Assembly: GCF_018977255.1 (NCBI RefSeq)
Contig: NW_024704743.1
Location: 36,830,001 to 36,894,000, forward strand
Source: Callorhinchus milii
Taxonomy: Eukaryota
Length of the DNA stretch: 64,000 nucleotides
Direction: 5' to 3'
Below, one piece after another: positions 13,824 to 29,300 of this stretch (positions are counted from its first letter, which is position 1; the number at the start of each line of letters is the position of its first letter). Under the pieces are notes generated by a model, which made no database searches, was not told where the DNA came from, and saw only the letters and a program-made list of their open reading frames with translations. The position numbers and the translations under genes were made by a program.

Positions 13824-14541
13824 CTAAAATGCAATGAAAGAAGTTAAACATGCCTCAATATATTCATCGTACTTAATGAAACATGACTTCAGCATTTTTC
13901 AATAATTGATATCAGATAAACATCAAAAGCATATACAGTAGAACACTGGATATATACAATCAGGCTCCAATAATTCAGGGATGTTATACTGGAAAAAAAA
14001 TATTCAGCTATGTGCATGTTACTAGGTCTGTGATTTACTAAAGTAATACAGCAGTAGTTTGTTTTTTAAAAAAGTCTAAAATGCAGGATTACAAACAGAG
14101 GGAGAGAGGGTGAGAAAGCAGAGGATAGAGTGAGACGGATAATAAGAGAGCGTTAATTTATAATGAATAGATAGTCAGAGAGCGTCAATTTATAACTTGC
14201 TCAGTATTTATTGTTTAATGCCCCATATGATTGAAGACTGAAATTAAAGACAGAACAGGATATTTAATCACTTATGTAAAATGTATTGTGCCAGTTAATG
14301 ATTCTACAATCATTTTTAACAATTCAGTTTAAACATTTACCAATTACATAGGTTTTTATTTGGAGTTAACACAATGAATTCTATTCCCTCCTTAAAAAAC
14401 ACGCTTTCAATCATCTCCTCCCCCACCTCCCAGTTTAGGTGCCCAACCAGTGCTACAGTGTTTTGAGATGTCTTCCTGACATGAAAGGCGCTATATAAAT
14501 GTAAATTGTATTTTTTTTCCTTCTCAAGGTTTAATAAGTTA

Positions 14542-14912
<371 letters not shown>

Positions 14913-15044
14913 TTACTTTTAATATATTTTAATATTACTTTTAAAAGCATAAAATTAAGATTCATTTCGGTAAAAAAAATAGGGAATATATATTGAATGG
15001 TAAGGAACTGATGAGAAAATGGATTTGGAAGTCATTGAAACTGG

Positions 15045-15495
15045 AATCGCATGTGGCAAAGGCTGTAAAGAAAGCTAATAGCATACTGGGTTTTATACAC
15101 AAGGGGGTAAAGTCCAAAAGTAAAAGTGGTACAAATGTAAAGCAATAATGCTAAGTTCGGCCACAACTATAGTGCATCTAGTTTTAGGCACCTGACTTAA
15201 GGAAACATGTTAAGATCTTAGAGGGGCTACAGAAGAGGTTTATGAGAATGATTTTGGGATGAAGAGCTACAGTTATGAGGAGAGACTGGGGAAGCTGGGT
15301 CTGGTTTCATTGGGAGCAGAAAAGGTTGGGGGGGGCAGGGAGAAAACTGATAAAAGTATATAAAATTATGAAGGTTTTGACAGGGTAAATAGGAAGAACT
15401 TATTTCCATTAATAGGGGAATTAAGTGACTTGGGGACATAGTTATAAGACCACCATAAGAACAGCGAAAAGAGAACTTTTTTTTCACCCTGACAA
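15045..15495 (+). mobile_element. CR1-clade LINE 3' fragment in intron 6
   Basis: Frameshifted translation KAVKKANSILGFI...RPQL...LQKRFMRMI..MKSYSYEERLGKLGL matches the CR1 ORF2 C-terminus. Confidence 0.85.
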
Positions 15496-15537
15496 AAGAG
15501 TGGATGCCTAGTGATGTGACCCAGGTGCAGGCTGTTA

Positions 15538-15813
<276 letters not shown>

Positions 15814-17378
15814 TTAATTGGTTAAATACCACAAGTCTAGCAGCCTGCCCCAGTGGGAAAAGGCACATGCAACATAGTAAGAATCATCACTTTCGAAGGT
15901 GGGGAAGCAAACAGCAAAACAAAATTCCAGTACTACCTGTATTGAAACTGAACGATATGCACCCAGTATGTTTCATATTTTATTTCCAGTGCTTTTTGCT
16001 GATCTCAGTCGGGGCATAAATTGCCTCAGGGCCAAAAGTGCAGGAAGGGATAGGAAACCACATGCATATATGGTTCCCAATACACAACTAACAAAAGTGA
16101 ATATGTTTGAAGAGCTTGCAGAATTGTCTAGATTTAACAGATTAAGAACCACTTAAACCATATGTCACAAAATGCCTGGTGGAACCCAGTATGAGTTCAG
16201 TGCTTTAAGAAGGGGAAAAAGTAAAAAGAACAAATCTTAAATTCTGTTAAGTGATGGTCCACTTTAAAGAAAAACTGACTTTAGAGCCACCTAAAGATGA
16301 CATATTAAAAACTGGGGAAAAGGGCAGCGAAATCTGTAGATTCATATTTTCTTTTTCCTTTTCAAGAATTCCCATATCACATTCCCATGCTTCCAGTAAT
16401 TTCCAGTGATAGTCCACAATATATTGTGCACAATACTTTCAGCCACACCAAGGCAACAGCACAAGAAGACATGGGTTCAGGTTATTTTTGAAAATTGGGA
16501 CAGACAGCAATTAGGAAATATTTCTTCCCACAGAAAGCAATCTGCAGCTGAAATGTATTATGAGAAAGCATGGTTGCAGCTAGGGTCTGGACAGCAAAAT
16601 CCTGTAATAGGAAGAGTGTAAAGTGTTGGTATTGCAGAAGTATGAAATAACATGGTGCAAATATCTTGTGCAATGAAAATTACCCCAAGAACTGAGGCCT
16701 AAAATTCTCACCTGGTCTTTAAATTTTAAGATTGTGTAGAATCAAGAAAAATTCTTAAATTCAGTCTCAATTCAAATCCATCAAAAATCCAATGCTCTCT
16801 TGATACCTCTCCCTTGCAGCAGCAACTCCAGTAGTGACAGAGCAGAAGATCCCTTTTTGGAAAACCAGTATCATCCCTCTGGGTATAACATGCCATGATA
16901 CTGATCAACAGCCATAGCATTTTACATTATCTTATTTCAAAATCTCTCAAAGCACTTCATAGGTAATTACGATCACATGCTCGTGTGACATTTTGTAGAC
17001 AAACACAGCAGCCAGTAAAGTGACACAGAGAACAATGATCAATTATCTGTGAGATCATTGGTCAGGCCACTGTGAAAATCTCCCTTTCCCCATTTCAAAA
17101 GTGTCTTGGGATCCTTGTCCATAGGAAACAAGTAGATGGGACCTTGCCTTAACATCTAACCTAAAGATAGCATCCAACAGAGCAGTGTTGCGACAGTCTA
17201 GATTATGAATTCAAGCACATTGCGGTGCTTCAATTTATAGCCTTCGTACCCCAGTAGTCAGAGTATGTAGACAAATTGAAACCTGAAAAATAGGTTTCAA
17301 ACGCTTGGAGCAAACAGCAAAAAAATTATAACTGGAGTTACAGAACAAGAATACACAAAAAAATTATTGAATACGTTA

Positions 17379-17618
<240 letters not shown>

Positions 17619-17982
17619 CTACAGAGAAACAAATCAGTATTAAAAGTGCTAGACCTGGAGTAGTCCTCAGCTTCTAGTTCACTATTAAATGCTGTAGCTG
17701 CTTTAACCACATATAATCACACATTCTTTGATTATATGTAGCTTGGCCCAATTCAGTACTAAAAGGTCAAGTACCCAGAACAGTGGTGCACACTTGCAGA
17801 GCATTGTTTCAGCCCACTGGATCCTAATGAACTTGAGACATCTTACAACAATCTCTCCTGACCACAGCCACGAGCGGTTTTTATTCACATTTGTACTATG
17901 CAGTAGGCAAATTGATGCATTACATCTAATATTCTCCAGTATACCTAATCTATGGCACCATGAACATAAAACAATCGAATCA

Positions 17983-18303
<321 letters not shown>

Positions 18304-18463
18304 TTATTCATTTTTTATAGTTTTATGTTCTGGTGATGCACGAGAAATGTAGGTGGAACGTATAAAATGCAGGAACAATGCACATACAGAGACTGACAAA
18401 TTTGACTTCACTAGGCCTATAACTATTGGTAACAGCACGGTTAGTATACAATCAAAACATTTA

Positions 18464-18769
<306 letters not shown>

Positions 18770-18941
18770 TTACTTCACGTCAAAACATTTAAGCTGTTGA
18801 TTCGTCCCGATTTCTTTTACTTGGAATGAAACAGATTAATAAAAAATAATCTTCAATACAAGCCCCATTGTAGATCATTGGACATCACAGAAGATACAAA
18901 TTGGCCAAGTTAAAAATGTTCCATCAGGAGATCCTGTAGCT

Positions 18942-19257
18942 GGAGTCCTGTAGCTCAGTGGTTAGAGCACTCGCTTTGCAAGCGAGAGACCTGAGTTCAA
19001 TTCCAGGCAGAGCGAAACCTTGGGCAAGTTTCCTTACTCCACACGCCTAATAATAATCCCTCCAAAAACCAAAAACAATAATAAATTGGTCATTTTCAAT
19101 CTACGACTGTTTGTGGGACATTGCTGTGCGCAATTGGCTGCCGCGTTCACCCACAAATATACAGTCAATTCACTTTACAGTATATTCTGTGAAGCGCTTT
19201 GGGACGTCCTCCCGACGTGAAAAGCGCTATATCAAATGCAAGGATTATTATTATTAT
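18942..19257 (+). mobile_element. Full-length tRNA-Ala-like SINE (short subtype) with L2-type tail, in intron 2
   Basis: A box TAGCTCAGTGG, anticodon-like arm CTCGC-ttTGCaa-GCGAG, B box GTTCAATTCC, 3' stem-loop and (TTA)n tail. Near-identical copies at 54699-55014 and 412-653. Confidence 0.9.
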
Positions 19258-19466
19258 GCTGCACTGGTGTACCACACACTGTACCAGCTCTTCACTCACT
19301 CTGCATTTCTCTCTCTTTGACTCTTCAGTCATCTCTCAAGACCTAGCTGGTCTAATCATTGCTCATAGTGGATGCACATCTCCTGTTGATTTTACCCAAG
19401 TGTTAAAACATGTAACACTAACATCTTTAGAAGTACTGAAAACTTTGAGACTACTTAACAACATAC

Positions 19467-19479
19467 CTGTAGTTGTCAT
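19467..19479 (-). CDS. ctnnb1: ctnnb1 exon 2 coding part (exon 19467-19527, 61 nt); ATG ACA ACT ACA G = MTTT
   Basis: Acceptor tttatttcag| at 19528, donor G|gtatgt at 19466, Kozak aaagATG. 48 nt UTR plus 13 nt CDS, in phase with exon 3. Confidence 0.9.
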
Positions 19480-22400
19480 CTTTGTTATTCAGTATCCTGG
19501 TTTTATTGACTGGTTTGACTCCAGGATCTGAAATAAAAACCCAGTGAAACTCCTTAACAAACTGTATCATTAAGCAATAGTTTAAGGATGGATGGAAACA
19601 CAATCTAACTGAAAGACTAAAGTCTAATATGCCTTACTTAGTTTTCAATGATCATCATTCTCGATAAGCATGTTATGGGTTAGCCCATTTACAATATTAT
19701 TTTGGCCATTAAACTATGATTGAAAAAAATTCAGGGGAATTGAAAAAAGATAATCTTTGGCATTTTACATTGGGAGGGCATCTCAATTCGCTTCACAGGA
19801 TTTGCCATGAAGTGGAATGATTGCATTTGTAGGAGAAGACATTGCACATGGCAATATCCCACAAACAGACATGAAACAAACAACCGATTTTATTTGAGGG
19901 ATTGTTGGTCAGGACACCAGGATAAATTCCCTTCTCTTTTCATCCACCCCAAACAGGCAGAAGAGATGCAAATGCATGTATTATATAAATAGTTATGTAA
20001 ATATGCACCAGCAAAACTGTTAGTTCCTGGAGTTCATTTTTGAGATGGGAATTCTTTCATGTCAACTTTGTTCTGCAAAATGCAGAGCCCTACATCACAG
20101 CTTGGTGACCTGTGCTCAATATCCCAGACTAATGCATTAAAACAAAGTGCGATGAAAATGGCCAATGTCTGGGTCAGCAGGTCACCACTGAAATCACTTC
20201 CTGTTCAAAGTGCCAAGGAAAAAGCTGGCTGCAGCCTGATGGCCCAAAACTCAACCAATATTGAGACAATAAGACTACCACCCTTCCGATAAAAAAGTCC
20301 ACAGGACACCCATGTTAAAAGCAAACCCAAGGTCTACTGAGCTGCTTAAAATAGGGTTGCTCTGCATAATGGAACCTCAAATAGATTGCCCAGATAATGA
20401 GCAAAAACACCACCTGTTATGTAAACTACAGAAAAGCGAACCTGATGTCTGATCGGAATAGCCATTTGGTACCAATAATGCAGCTTTTGAAAAGACCAAA
20501 TTGTCTTACAAAAAAATTAATATATATGTAAAAGGATTAAATAGTTTGATTGCGTAATACAACATCTTTCTGGACTTATGAAACAGAAACACTGGACGTA
20601 TTCTACAAGTTTTCTAAAAAGGTTGCCTTCCACCTCCTCGTCCCCTGAACAATGACTTTGCTGGAGTGCAGGTCACAGGTACCTCTGGAGTCTCACATAC
20701 AAGCCAGTCTTTAGATTCGAGTTTCAACAGATTCATTCTCGGCACGCTGTACAGCTGAGCCCAATCCTGTCTTTGTCAAACTTCAACACATGCCATCTCA
20801 AAAGCACAAAGGTTCCCCCAATTAAGTATAATCCAGAATCACTCCTGCTCCGATCAACTAATCACACAGTGTAAATAGGGAAAAACCCCAGCATCAATAG
20901 TCGCAGGATACTTCACAGGCAGTAGAGTACTCTACAACATAACATCTGTTTACATTTTTGTTGGCGAAAAACTTTGATCTGGCACATTATCGTCTGACAT
21001 TTTATCAGAATGGAAAATGAAAGAAGGACTAAGAAATAACTAAGAAATAACTAGGGACCTTTCAATTTGCAGTGTGGTTGGGAAAACATGTACATCCATA
21101 GATGACAGTACTATACATCTGATAGGGGAGGTGTCCTTTAGAAATGTTGAACAACTGAGATATAGGTGAATGTAACGTTACGGATATTGAGAATAAAAAA
21201 AGATGCAAGTTAAAATGGACATGGTTGAATTCAAGGAGTTTCCGTATTGTTGCTGGTGTGTGGAACAACAAGAACAAAATTACATTTGTGTAGCGCCTTT
21301 CACGTCGGGAAGACGTCCCAAGGCTCTGGACAACCAGTGTTTCGGAACCGAGCTGGGGTAGGCGGAGGGACAGTGGGATGGAGTTCCAGAGGGTGGGGGC
21401 AGAGTGGCTGAAGGAATAACATTACTCAAAGCAAACTAAGCAGATCCAGACAAAAGTTTGGGTTATTTGGAAAACAGTTTGATTTGAACAGATTCTGAAG
21501 TAGTCTATGAATAATAATCAGGTTCCTACTTAATGCGAGGTATACAGAGGCGTGAGGAGGAAGGAAACTTGCCTAAGGTTTCTCCCTGCCAGCAACTGAA
21601 CCCAGGTCCTCTCGCTTGGGAGGTGAACACCCTAACCACTACGTTACAGAATGCCACAAATCTGAAAGCAGCATAAATCGCTCATATTTTGTTTGTGAAT
21701 AGCAATTTACGAACACATTGTTCTTTTCCCCTTCCCACCACCCTCTTATGATTAGCTTTTATCAGCCCTACCCCTACAGGAAGCAGCAATAATTGAATGC
21801 CAAGAATGCTACCTCTTCAACCAGTGATATGGCTTTATATGCACAACAGACCAAAGATTTAACAAGCCAAGGGCCATCCGCAGGGTAGGAGTAAACTCAA
21901 CAAAAGCTCAACAGGAAATAAATGCAAATATTCATTAACCATGGGACTTGACTATGTCTGTCTCTGAACAGGACAAAAGAACACATTAAATACTGATTAA
22001 CAGGGGATGTCCTGGAGGCCCATCATTTCACACCATATTTTAACTAACATGCAGACTAGTAATCTTGACACCAGTTTCATTCACGCCAATCTGGCACAGT
22101 TTAAACTCATTTGCTAAATAACAGAATCCTTTAGAAACATAATAGCACATTTAGCTTCCACCTGTGGTGGCAAATAGATAGTAGGTGGCGTACAAATGGA
22201 GAGACTGCTCTCTTCCCATTACTATTAATTTAGCTGCTAGAAGACATATACATTACGGAGCCACAACTTGCATTTATATAGTGCCCCTCATGGAGCATAG
22301 TATCTTGACAATGGTGGAGCACAATGCTGAGCCAGAGGGAGGGGACTGTGAGCATGGTCAAAGAGAAGGATCCTCAGATGCGATCTGAAAATGAGGAAGA

Positions 22401-22824
22401 GGGGGCAAGGCGGAGGGATTGAGGGAGTGTTCCAGAGTTTTGGGGCATATGGCAGAAACTGTGACCGCTGATGGTGGAACGGAGGGCACAAGGAACAGTG
22501 CAGAAAGCCCCCACATGCAGAAACCACTGATGGTTTTGGTAGTAAAATTAGGTAATGCTGCTCACCAGAAAGCCCACAAGGAGTTCCTGGTACTTGCCAT
22601 CCACCTGTCAAATGACCAACTAATGACAATAGTATTTAAAGATTTCCCCCTACCCCCCCATAGAATAATTGTGTTAAATGTCACCCACTCCCATCACACA
22701 GATTAGCAATCTTGACACCCTCTATAATGATGCCTTGTTTCTGCAGCTAAAATGTGCTTCAGCATGGTGTACCATGGATACTTCCGATTTTAACTGATTG
22801 GTTTCCTGTTTATGGTGCACACAC

Positions 22825-23365
22825 CCAATGCCACGGAAACATTTATTCATGCCTTCGTCACATTCCACTTAAGATTTTTCCACTGCACTCTTCACTGGTC
22901 TTCCTAGCTCCACCATTCACAAGTTGAAACTCATCTAAAACTCCACGGCCTGCATCCTTACCTAGACCAATCTCCAAAAACACATCACTAGTTTCCACTG
23001 GCTCATTTCTCAGCAGATCCATTTCAAGGTCCTTCCCTAAACTATAAATCCATTCACTCTCTTGACACCTCTATCTCTCCGATATTCTCCTATCATATTC
23101 CTCTGCCCACCCTCTCTGCTCAACTAATTTGGGCTTGTTGCATTTCCTCCACCCATGCCACCATTAGTAATTGAACCTTTAGTTCCAACACTATTTCCTG
23201 AAATTATTTCCCTATTTCCACCACTCAGTCTCACTCTCCTTCTGTCCTGCATCAAATCCCACCTCGTTGAACAAGCCAATGGCTACCTCCGTCTTCCCCT
23301 TTGCTCAGTCTCAAACTACATCCTTGTGAAGCATTCCTACTTCTGGATTATAAATACAAGTTGTT
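22825..23365 (+). mobile_element. Degraded L2 LINE 3' fragment in intron 1
   Basis: ATETFIHAFVT...HKLKLI*NSTA...HW motifs and tail. Shorter L2 3' ends at about 885-1145(+), 4540-4685(+), 14390-14510(+), 21270-21415(-), 22262-22480(-), 28715-28990(-), 53330-53610(-), 56925-57010(+) and 61975-62240(+). Confidence 0.75.
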
Positions 23366-26300
23366 CCACAGCCACAGAAGCCCTCCTTGCATCAAATGGT
23401 GACCCAACGATCATTGCCAACGTTGGAAAGAAATTTTGCCAGTTCCTGGCCTAAGACCAGTTAAAGCCAACATTGTGAAACAAACAAAATTATTCTGATA
23501 TCTCTCGGAGCACAAATAACCCAATTGGAAAATAAAATTAGATGCAATGTTGGTCATTTATTCTGGCTACCAGCAGCTACATCAAGGTGTGTATATAGGG
23601 TGGAGGTACAATTTCCCACTATTGTGATGATAATAATCCTTACATTTGACAAAGCACATTTGACCTTGGGAGGATACCTTGAAGCACTTTGGAAGATTTA
23701 CTATAAAGTGTAGCGGAGCAATTTTGAAAATGTGGCATCTTATTTGCACTCAGCAATGTCCCGTAAATAGCCATGAAATAAATGTCCGACTTTATCTGGT
23801 GGAATGTCAGGCAGGACCAAGGAGAAGCTCCCTTCACTTTCTGAATAAGTGCCATAGGATCTTTTAACAAGCAACTGAACAAAAATGTGGGACCTTAAGT
23901 TAAATTCTCATCTAAATTACAGCACCTCCAACACCCACCCAGCACATTTTATTCGATCACTACAGATCATTGATTGTATTTCCACTTTTATCCCCACATG
24001 TCTTTAACTACTGTTAATCCAACACATCTATCCCAATTGATTCTGCACCTATGGACATTTGGGCCAGTGAATTCCACATTTCCATAACCCACCTGTGAAC
24101 ATTTTAGCTGGTAAATTAATACTGGATGTCTTCCAAAACCAGTTATCCTATCTAAGATTATGCTTCCAAATCAGAACGCAATGACCAAAATAGGTACAAT
24201 TAGCATCAGCACTTGTTTGTTTTTATATTCCAGGAAACTAGTTATAAAGTACAATATACCATTAATCTGTGCAAAACAGTGTATGCACAGTTGCTTTTAT
24301 GTTTCAAGGCTATAAAATTCACTCCAGAATATCAACAGGACATAATCACAACAAAGAATCATAGTAGTTTTAGTACCAATTGTTTGCCTGCACAATGTCA
24401 CTGCCCTTGACAGTAATTACATGTGAAACAAACATCATCATCATAGCCACTATATCAAATGCAAGAATTATTGTAAATATAGCACATTACAAGAATTACT
24501 AAATTACTAAAAGTCACCAGAACTGAACTCCATTAATTGGATCCTCCCACCATCCTCCCTAACAAACTACTCAAACGCTTCATAAGATTTATTGTAAAGT
24601 GTAATATCTATTTTGTAGGCAAACTATGCCAATCATATACTATTTTTCTGAAAAAAATCAAGCAAATATTGCACCTTAAAAACTAGTCTTAAAATCAGTA
24701 CCGTTTTGTGAACTACTCTACCACATAATGAGCTTGCTCACCAGCACAGGATGCAATACAGACACAAGACTTCCCGGCCACAAGCCACAGGAAGCAGGAC
24801 CAGCTGAATTGTAAATAGCTTGGAGAATTGATACACAAACAGAGTGGGGTAACAGACTTGCATTTTACATTCCAAAAAGTCATTGATTTAAACATACCCA
24901 AAGCCAAATCACNAAAAAAATCAATGCAGCCCAATTCAGCTGACTTGACATTTAGTTGATACTGTATTAATGAGCATCAAAATACCTATTAAGTTAAAAA
25001 TATGTAGTCAATTCACTTTACAGTAGATTCTGTGAAATGCTTTGCGATGCCTTATCACATAAGGCGCTATATTAAATGCAAGGATTATTATTATTATTAG
25101 TTACACAAGACCAGCTGTTGAGAAGTTGATAACAGAAGGTTTCAGTAGCTTGAAATTTCTTCAGTCAAAACAGAAACTCACAGAAGATATTCTAATTTCT
25201 AAGTGGGAAGATATGTAGAGACTCCCCTTGGTATTTGTATAGAAGATGATTACCAAGTGTTGATGTCCGATTCAATTAACAACAATTTGCATTTATATAG
25301 CGCCCCTCACGTGGGGTAGCATCCTGAAGCACTTATTATATTACTTATAATTAAACCATTCATGCCCATCAACATCCAGTTTGAAAATTCTAGTAACTGC
25401 ATTTTGTAGCCAATCTTCAAGAATTGAATAAGCATTTTATAATCTACACATTTTGTCCTACCTTTCTCTATAACATTTTAACCCCTGCATTTGATATTCC
25501 TATGGCAAATCTTTATTTTCAAAGTATACTTAAACAATAGTTACTGCCCTTATCCTTTCTATGATAAAGCTGTATTTGGACTTTGCTTAAAAATCTAAAA
25601 ATGATTAAATTGCATCAAAGCAACTAAAGTATTAAGTGAATTTAAATAAACAGAAATACAAGCTTGTATGAGGAACAAAAAGGTATTTAAGTAATAAATA
25701 TCAACCAGAACCCCAAAAGATGCATTTCAATGTTGGCAAATCACAAATATCTCACATCCACTTGTAATCACAACACATTGCTATCCACAACAAAAGAAAC
25801 CAGCATTAACACCAACATGCTCCTATAAATTGTGCACAGGAACTGTACCCAACAACTTCAGATTTTTTTCATGGGGCATTCATTTGTGTAACAGAATCCT
25901 TTAAGAGTCCAAAGCCAAATTTAGATTGCACCCATGGTGGCAAATGCATAGGCACACACGAAAATGTTGATTTTCCCATTATTAAACTACTGTTTAAGCT
26001 ACTGATTATTGAATAATATCAATCCCCAAATCCAACACAAATATAGTTTCTCAAAGGTGAGAATCTTCTGAATTTTTGTACCATTTTATTGCCACAATGT
26101 ACAAACTTCTAAAATCCCAAATCCTGAATCATGCCAATCTCCCTAGAAAAGCTTCAAAAATGGTACCAGTTTACATCAGAAGTTACTGTTTACCCACCTA
26201 GGTTAATGAAGAGCTTATTATTCCAACTACAGTTCAGGGATATTCCTCATGCAGATTTTAAAACTGCTGATCAAGTTTGGATTCTTCAGTCAAAAGGAGA

Positions 26301-29300
26301 ACGAGTCTGTGGAGTCATGCAATCTAAAGATCTATGGAACAGACCAGTCATGAAGATTTAATAAGATTGGTGGCATTTCAAGTTCAGGTCACTGAGAAAT
26401 ACTGGTGAATAACTCACTGTACAAAGTCCATACTGAAATCCACAAAACTCAGCACAGCAACAAAATGAGGAGGTAAGAGGACACCAAAATGAAATCTGGC
26501 TATTAAACACCATTCTTTGCCTGCCAACAATATCAGTAGCTAAAAGTAATGGCAGTCAGAATAACATATCAATGCCAACACTGTTGCTCTTACTACTGCA
26601 AGTTTTAAACATGACATAAAAACGCAAGTCTACACAAACATGACCAGTTGGACTTCCAAAGGCTTGAGCCAGCATACGCCACCTTTTTGGAGGTTTGGGG
26701 CGGGGAGAGAGAAGTCCATTTACTATCACATAAACTAAATTTCCATTTACAGTTCTACCTATAATTAAGGATCTGTATCTCATCAGCCCACAGCTTTTAA
26801 TTTATGTAATTAAGAAATCAAAGATTCTGAATGTGGTAAAACAACCAAGAACAGCGTAGGAAGAGAAGACAGAGAACATTTACAAGAACTACTTGCTGTA
26901 TAAATAGGGAGAGGTGGAAACCACAAAAATAGATAACTATCCTATTATCTAAAAAATCATCATTTCTTTAAGACTTTCCACATTGTAACGTTATCATGAC
27001 TTTTTGGTCACTCTATGCAATCATAAAAGCCATTCAGTGTCAATCAGTTTGCAATACTGCACAGCTGTATTGTCAATACTGTGCAATGTCTAATATATCC
27101 AGACTTGTGTTATTAGAATTAGACAAATAGCTATTTAGTACTGAGTGAAAAAAACAATACGTGTTGTACTTTTTCCAAAGATCTTTCCTGCATATATGAC
27201 TTTAAATTGTATCAAAACAGAAATGGTCCACCAACCCATCAGGTTACAAAAAATAATTATCCTACTGTAATTAATCCAAAATACACACTAAACTAGCATC
27301 TAACTCATGCCAAAGAAAGCCTAACCAGGGCCTCAATGACCTAAAGATGAACTCTTGAGTACCAGATGAATTTCATTTGACAGTTTACTTTTACTTTTAC
27401 AGCCTTGGAAAACATTGGAAAACATTTCAGCTCAACAGTAACTTACATAAAAGTACTATTCATTTCAAAACCCATGAAAAAGCAAGAGTCCTTTAGAAAA
27501 TGATCGTTCGAAAGTCAATGCACTTATTAGGATCTAGGATTAATGAGCATTTCTAACTAAATCCTCACCATGTACATCAAGTTATACAAGGAGCTCAAGG
27601 GGTTTTATGAAAGCTAGGGTTCATAGACATAAGTGGGGTAGAATTTAGAAAAAAACACTTAAGATAGTGTAGTTCTTTTTATTTAATCCTATAATCTATA
27701 TCTTCCAAAAATGGTTCACTAACTGTAGAAATAGCAACATCCCAACTGCACCCATATTGATCGCTTGCTCTATCCCCTAACCGGTACACTAGTTTGAGAT
27801 CTTCTGAACACTCTTTGTTCCAGACAAAATAACATACCAGCTCTACCTAGTGTTGGTTTTGGCACCGCATTTAAGTAAAACGTTGACTCAGGTCTGTATT
27901 CAAATTAGAACCTTGGCAAAACACCAAATTTCACGAAAACTGATATAGACCCTCATGTCGAAATGCTTCACTGAAGTGTACTGTATTTGTAAGCAAACAC
28001 GGTAGCTAATTTGCACATATCACTGTATTGGAGTGCCAGCCTAGAGCGAGTCCAAAATCCCGATGTGGAGTTCAAACCCAGAACTTTCTGATTCAGAGGC
28101 AAGAGTGCTACCATTTGAGCCAGGCTGGCATTGAACCATGGCATAATTTAAGACTGGCAAAGGAACATGAACCCACATATTGTGGGAGTTGCAAGGATGT
28201 AGATCAGTCATGAAGTGAATCACTAATTTTAACTGGAGGACTGTTGGCCAGGAATCCAAGAGAAACTCCCTTGTTTTTTCAAATAGCTTCATGGGATCTT
28301 TCACGTCCATCAGAACAGGCAAACAGAACCTCAGTAAACTGAGCAGCATGTTGCAGGATCAGTCAAGATTATGAACCCAAAATCTTGATGTATTGCCTCA
28401 ACCTTCTGATCCAGAGGCAAGAGTGCTACCAACTAGCCAGACTGACACCAGGATTTTTTTTAAGAAACCTGAACCCCAATTCTCAGTTCAAAAGATGATT
28501 GGAAGAGAGCATGAAAAATAAAACATTTATTGTAGGAAGCCCACGACCACAAAAACAAACTTGCTTCCTACCAATCCTAAATTCAAGATAAAATCAGGCC
28601 AACGTTGCAGTGTTCAAACAACTCCTAATGGTTGTGGCATAAAAAATATGAAATCATTGCAAAGTAAAAGAACTCTTCTAAGCTTGGGGCTAAGGCATAT
28701 TATACATCACATTGAACATTTATCTAGCACGTTTCACTCCAGCGGCTCAAAGGGCTCGACACTGCTGGCAGGGCACCTAAGCTGGTGTAGAATGTGAAAG
28801 TGGGTGGGGAGGGGAAAATCACTGATATCATGATCAAAGAGTTACATCTTGAGACAGACCTTGAAGGTGGAGAGGGAGCGAGTTGGAAGAACTCAGGTGG
28901 AATTCCTGAAAACAGAGCAGAAGTCTGAAACTGCGTGGGAAAGAGAGGGTGAGAAACATGAAGGAGACCAATGCTCGCTAAGTGAAGGGAGCAGTCAGGT
29001 CAGTATTATGGATGCAAATTAACATCTGCCGAATGCTACATCTGATCCGAGAAAACGTCACTGCTGGTGTTGACAGCCCTCACCTTGAAACTTCATTTCC
29101 ACCCCTCCCTGGCTGATCATCAGCACAAAGAGGTAGACATGTCCCAACACAGCATAATGCTAAACTTTTAATAGGAGTTTATGCAGAAAGGCCATCAGCA
29201 AAATAGCACCCGTAAGTTACCTCTGCCTACAAAGCTCAGCAAGCCAAATAAATTAGATTCTTCAGATCAACTGTAAAAAATTGTGCTGTAGTCTGTAAGA

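Noticed and set aside
18942..19015. Apparent tRNA-Ala(TGC) gene (also at 54699)
   Set aside because: There is no acceptor-stem pairing, and the sequence continues into a repeated body and LINE-type tail, so it is a SINE head.
24913..24913. Single N base
   Set aside because: Assembly ambiguity beside an A-run, with no biological meaning.
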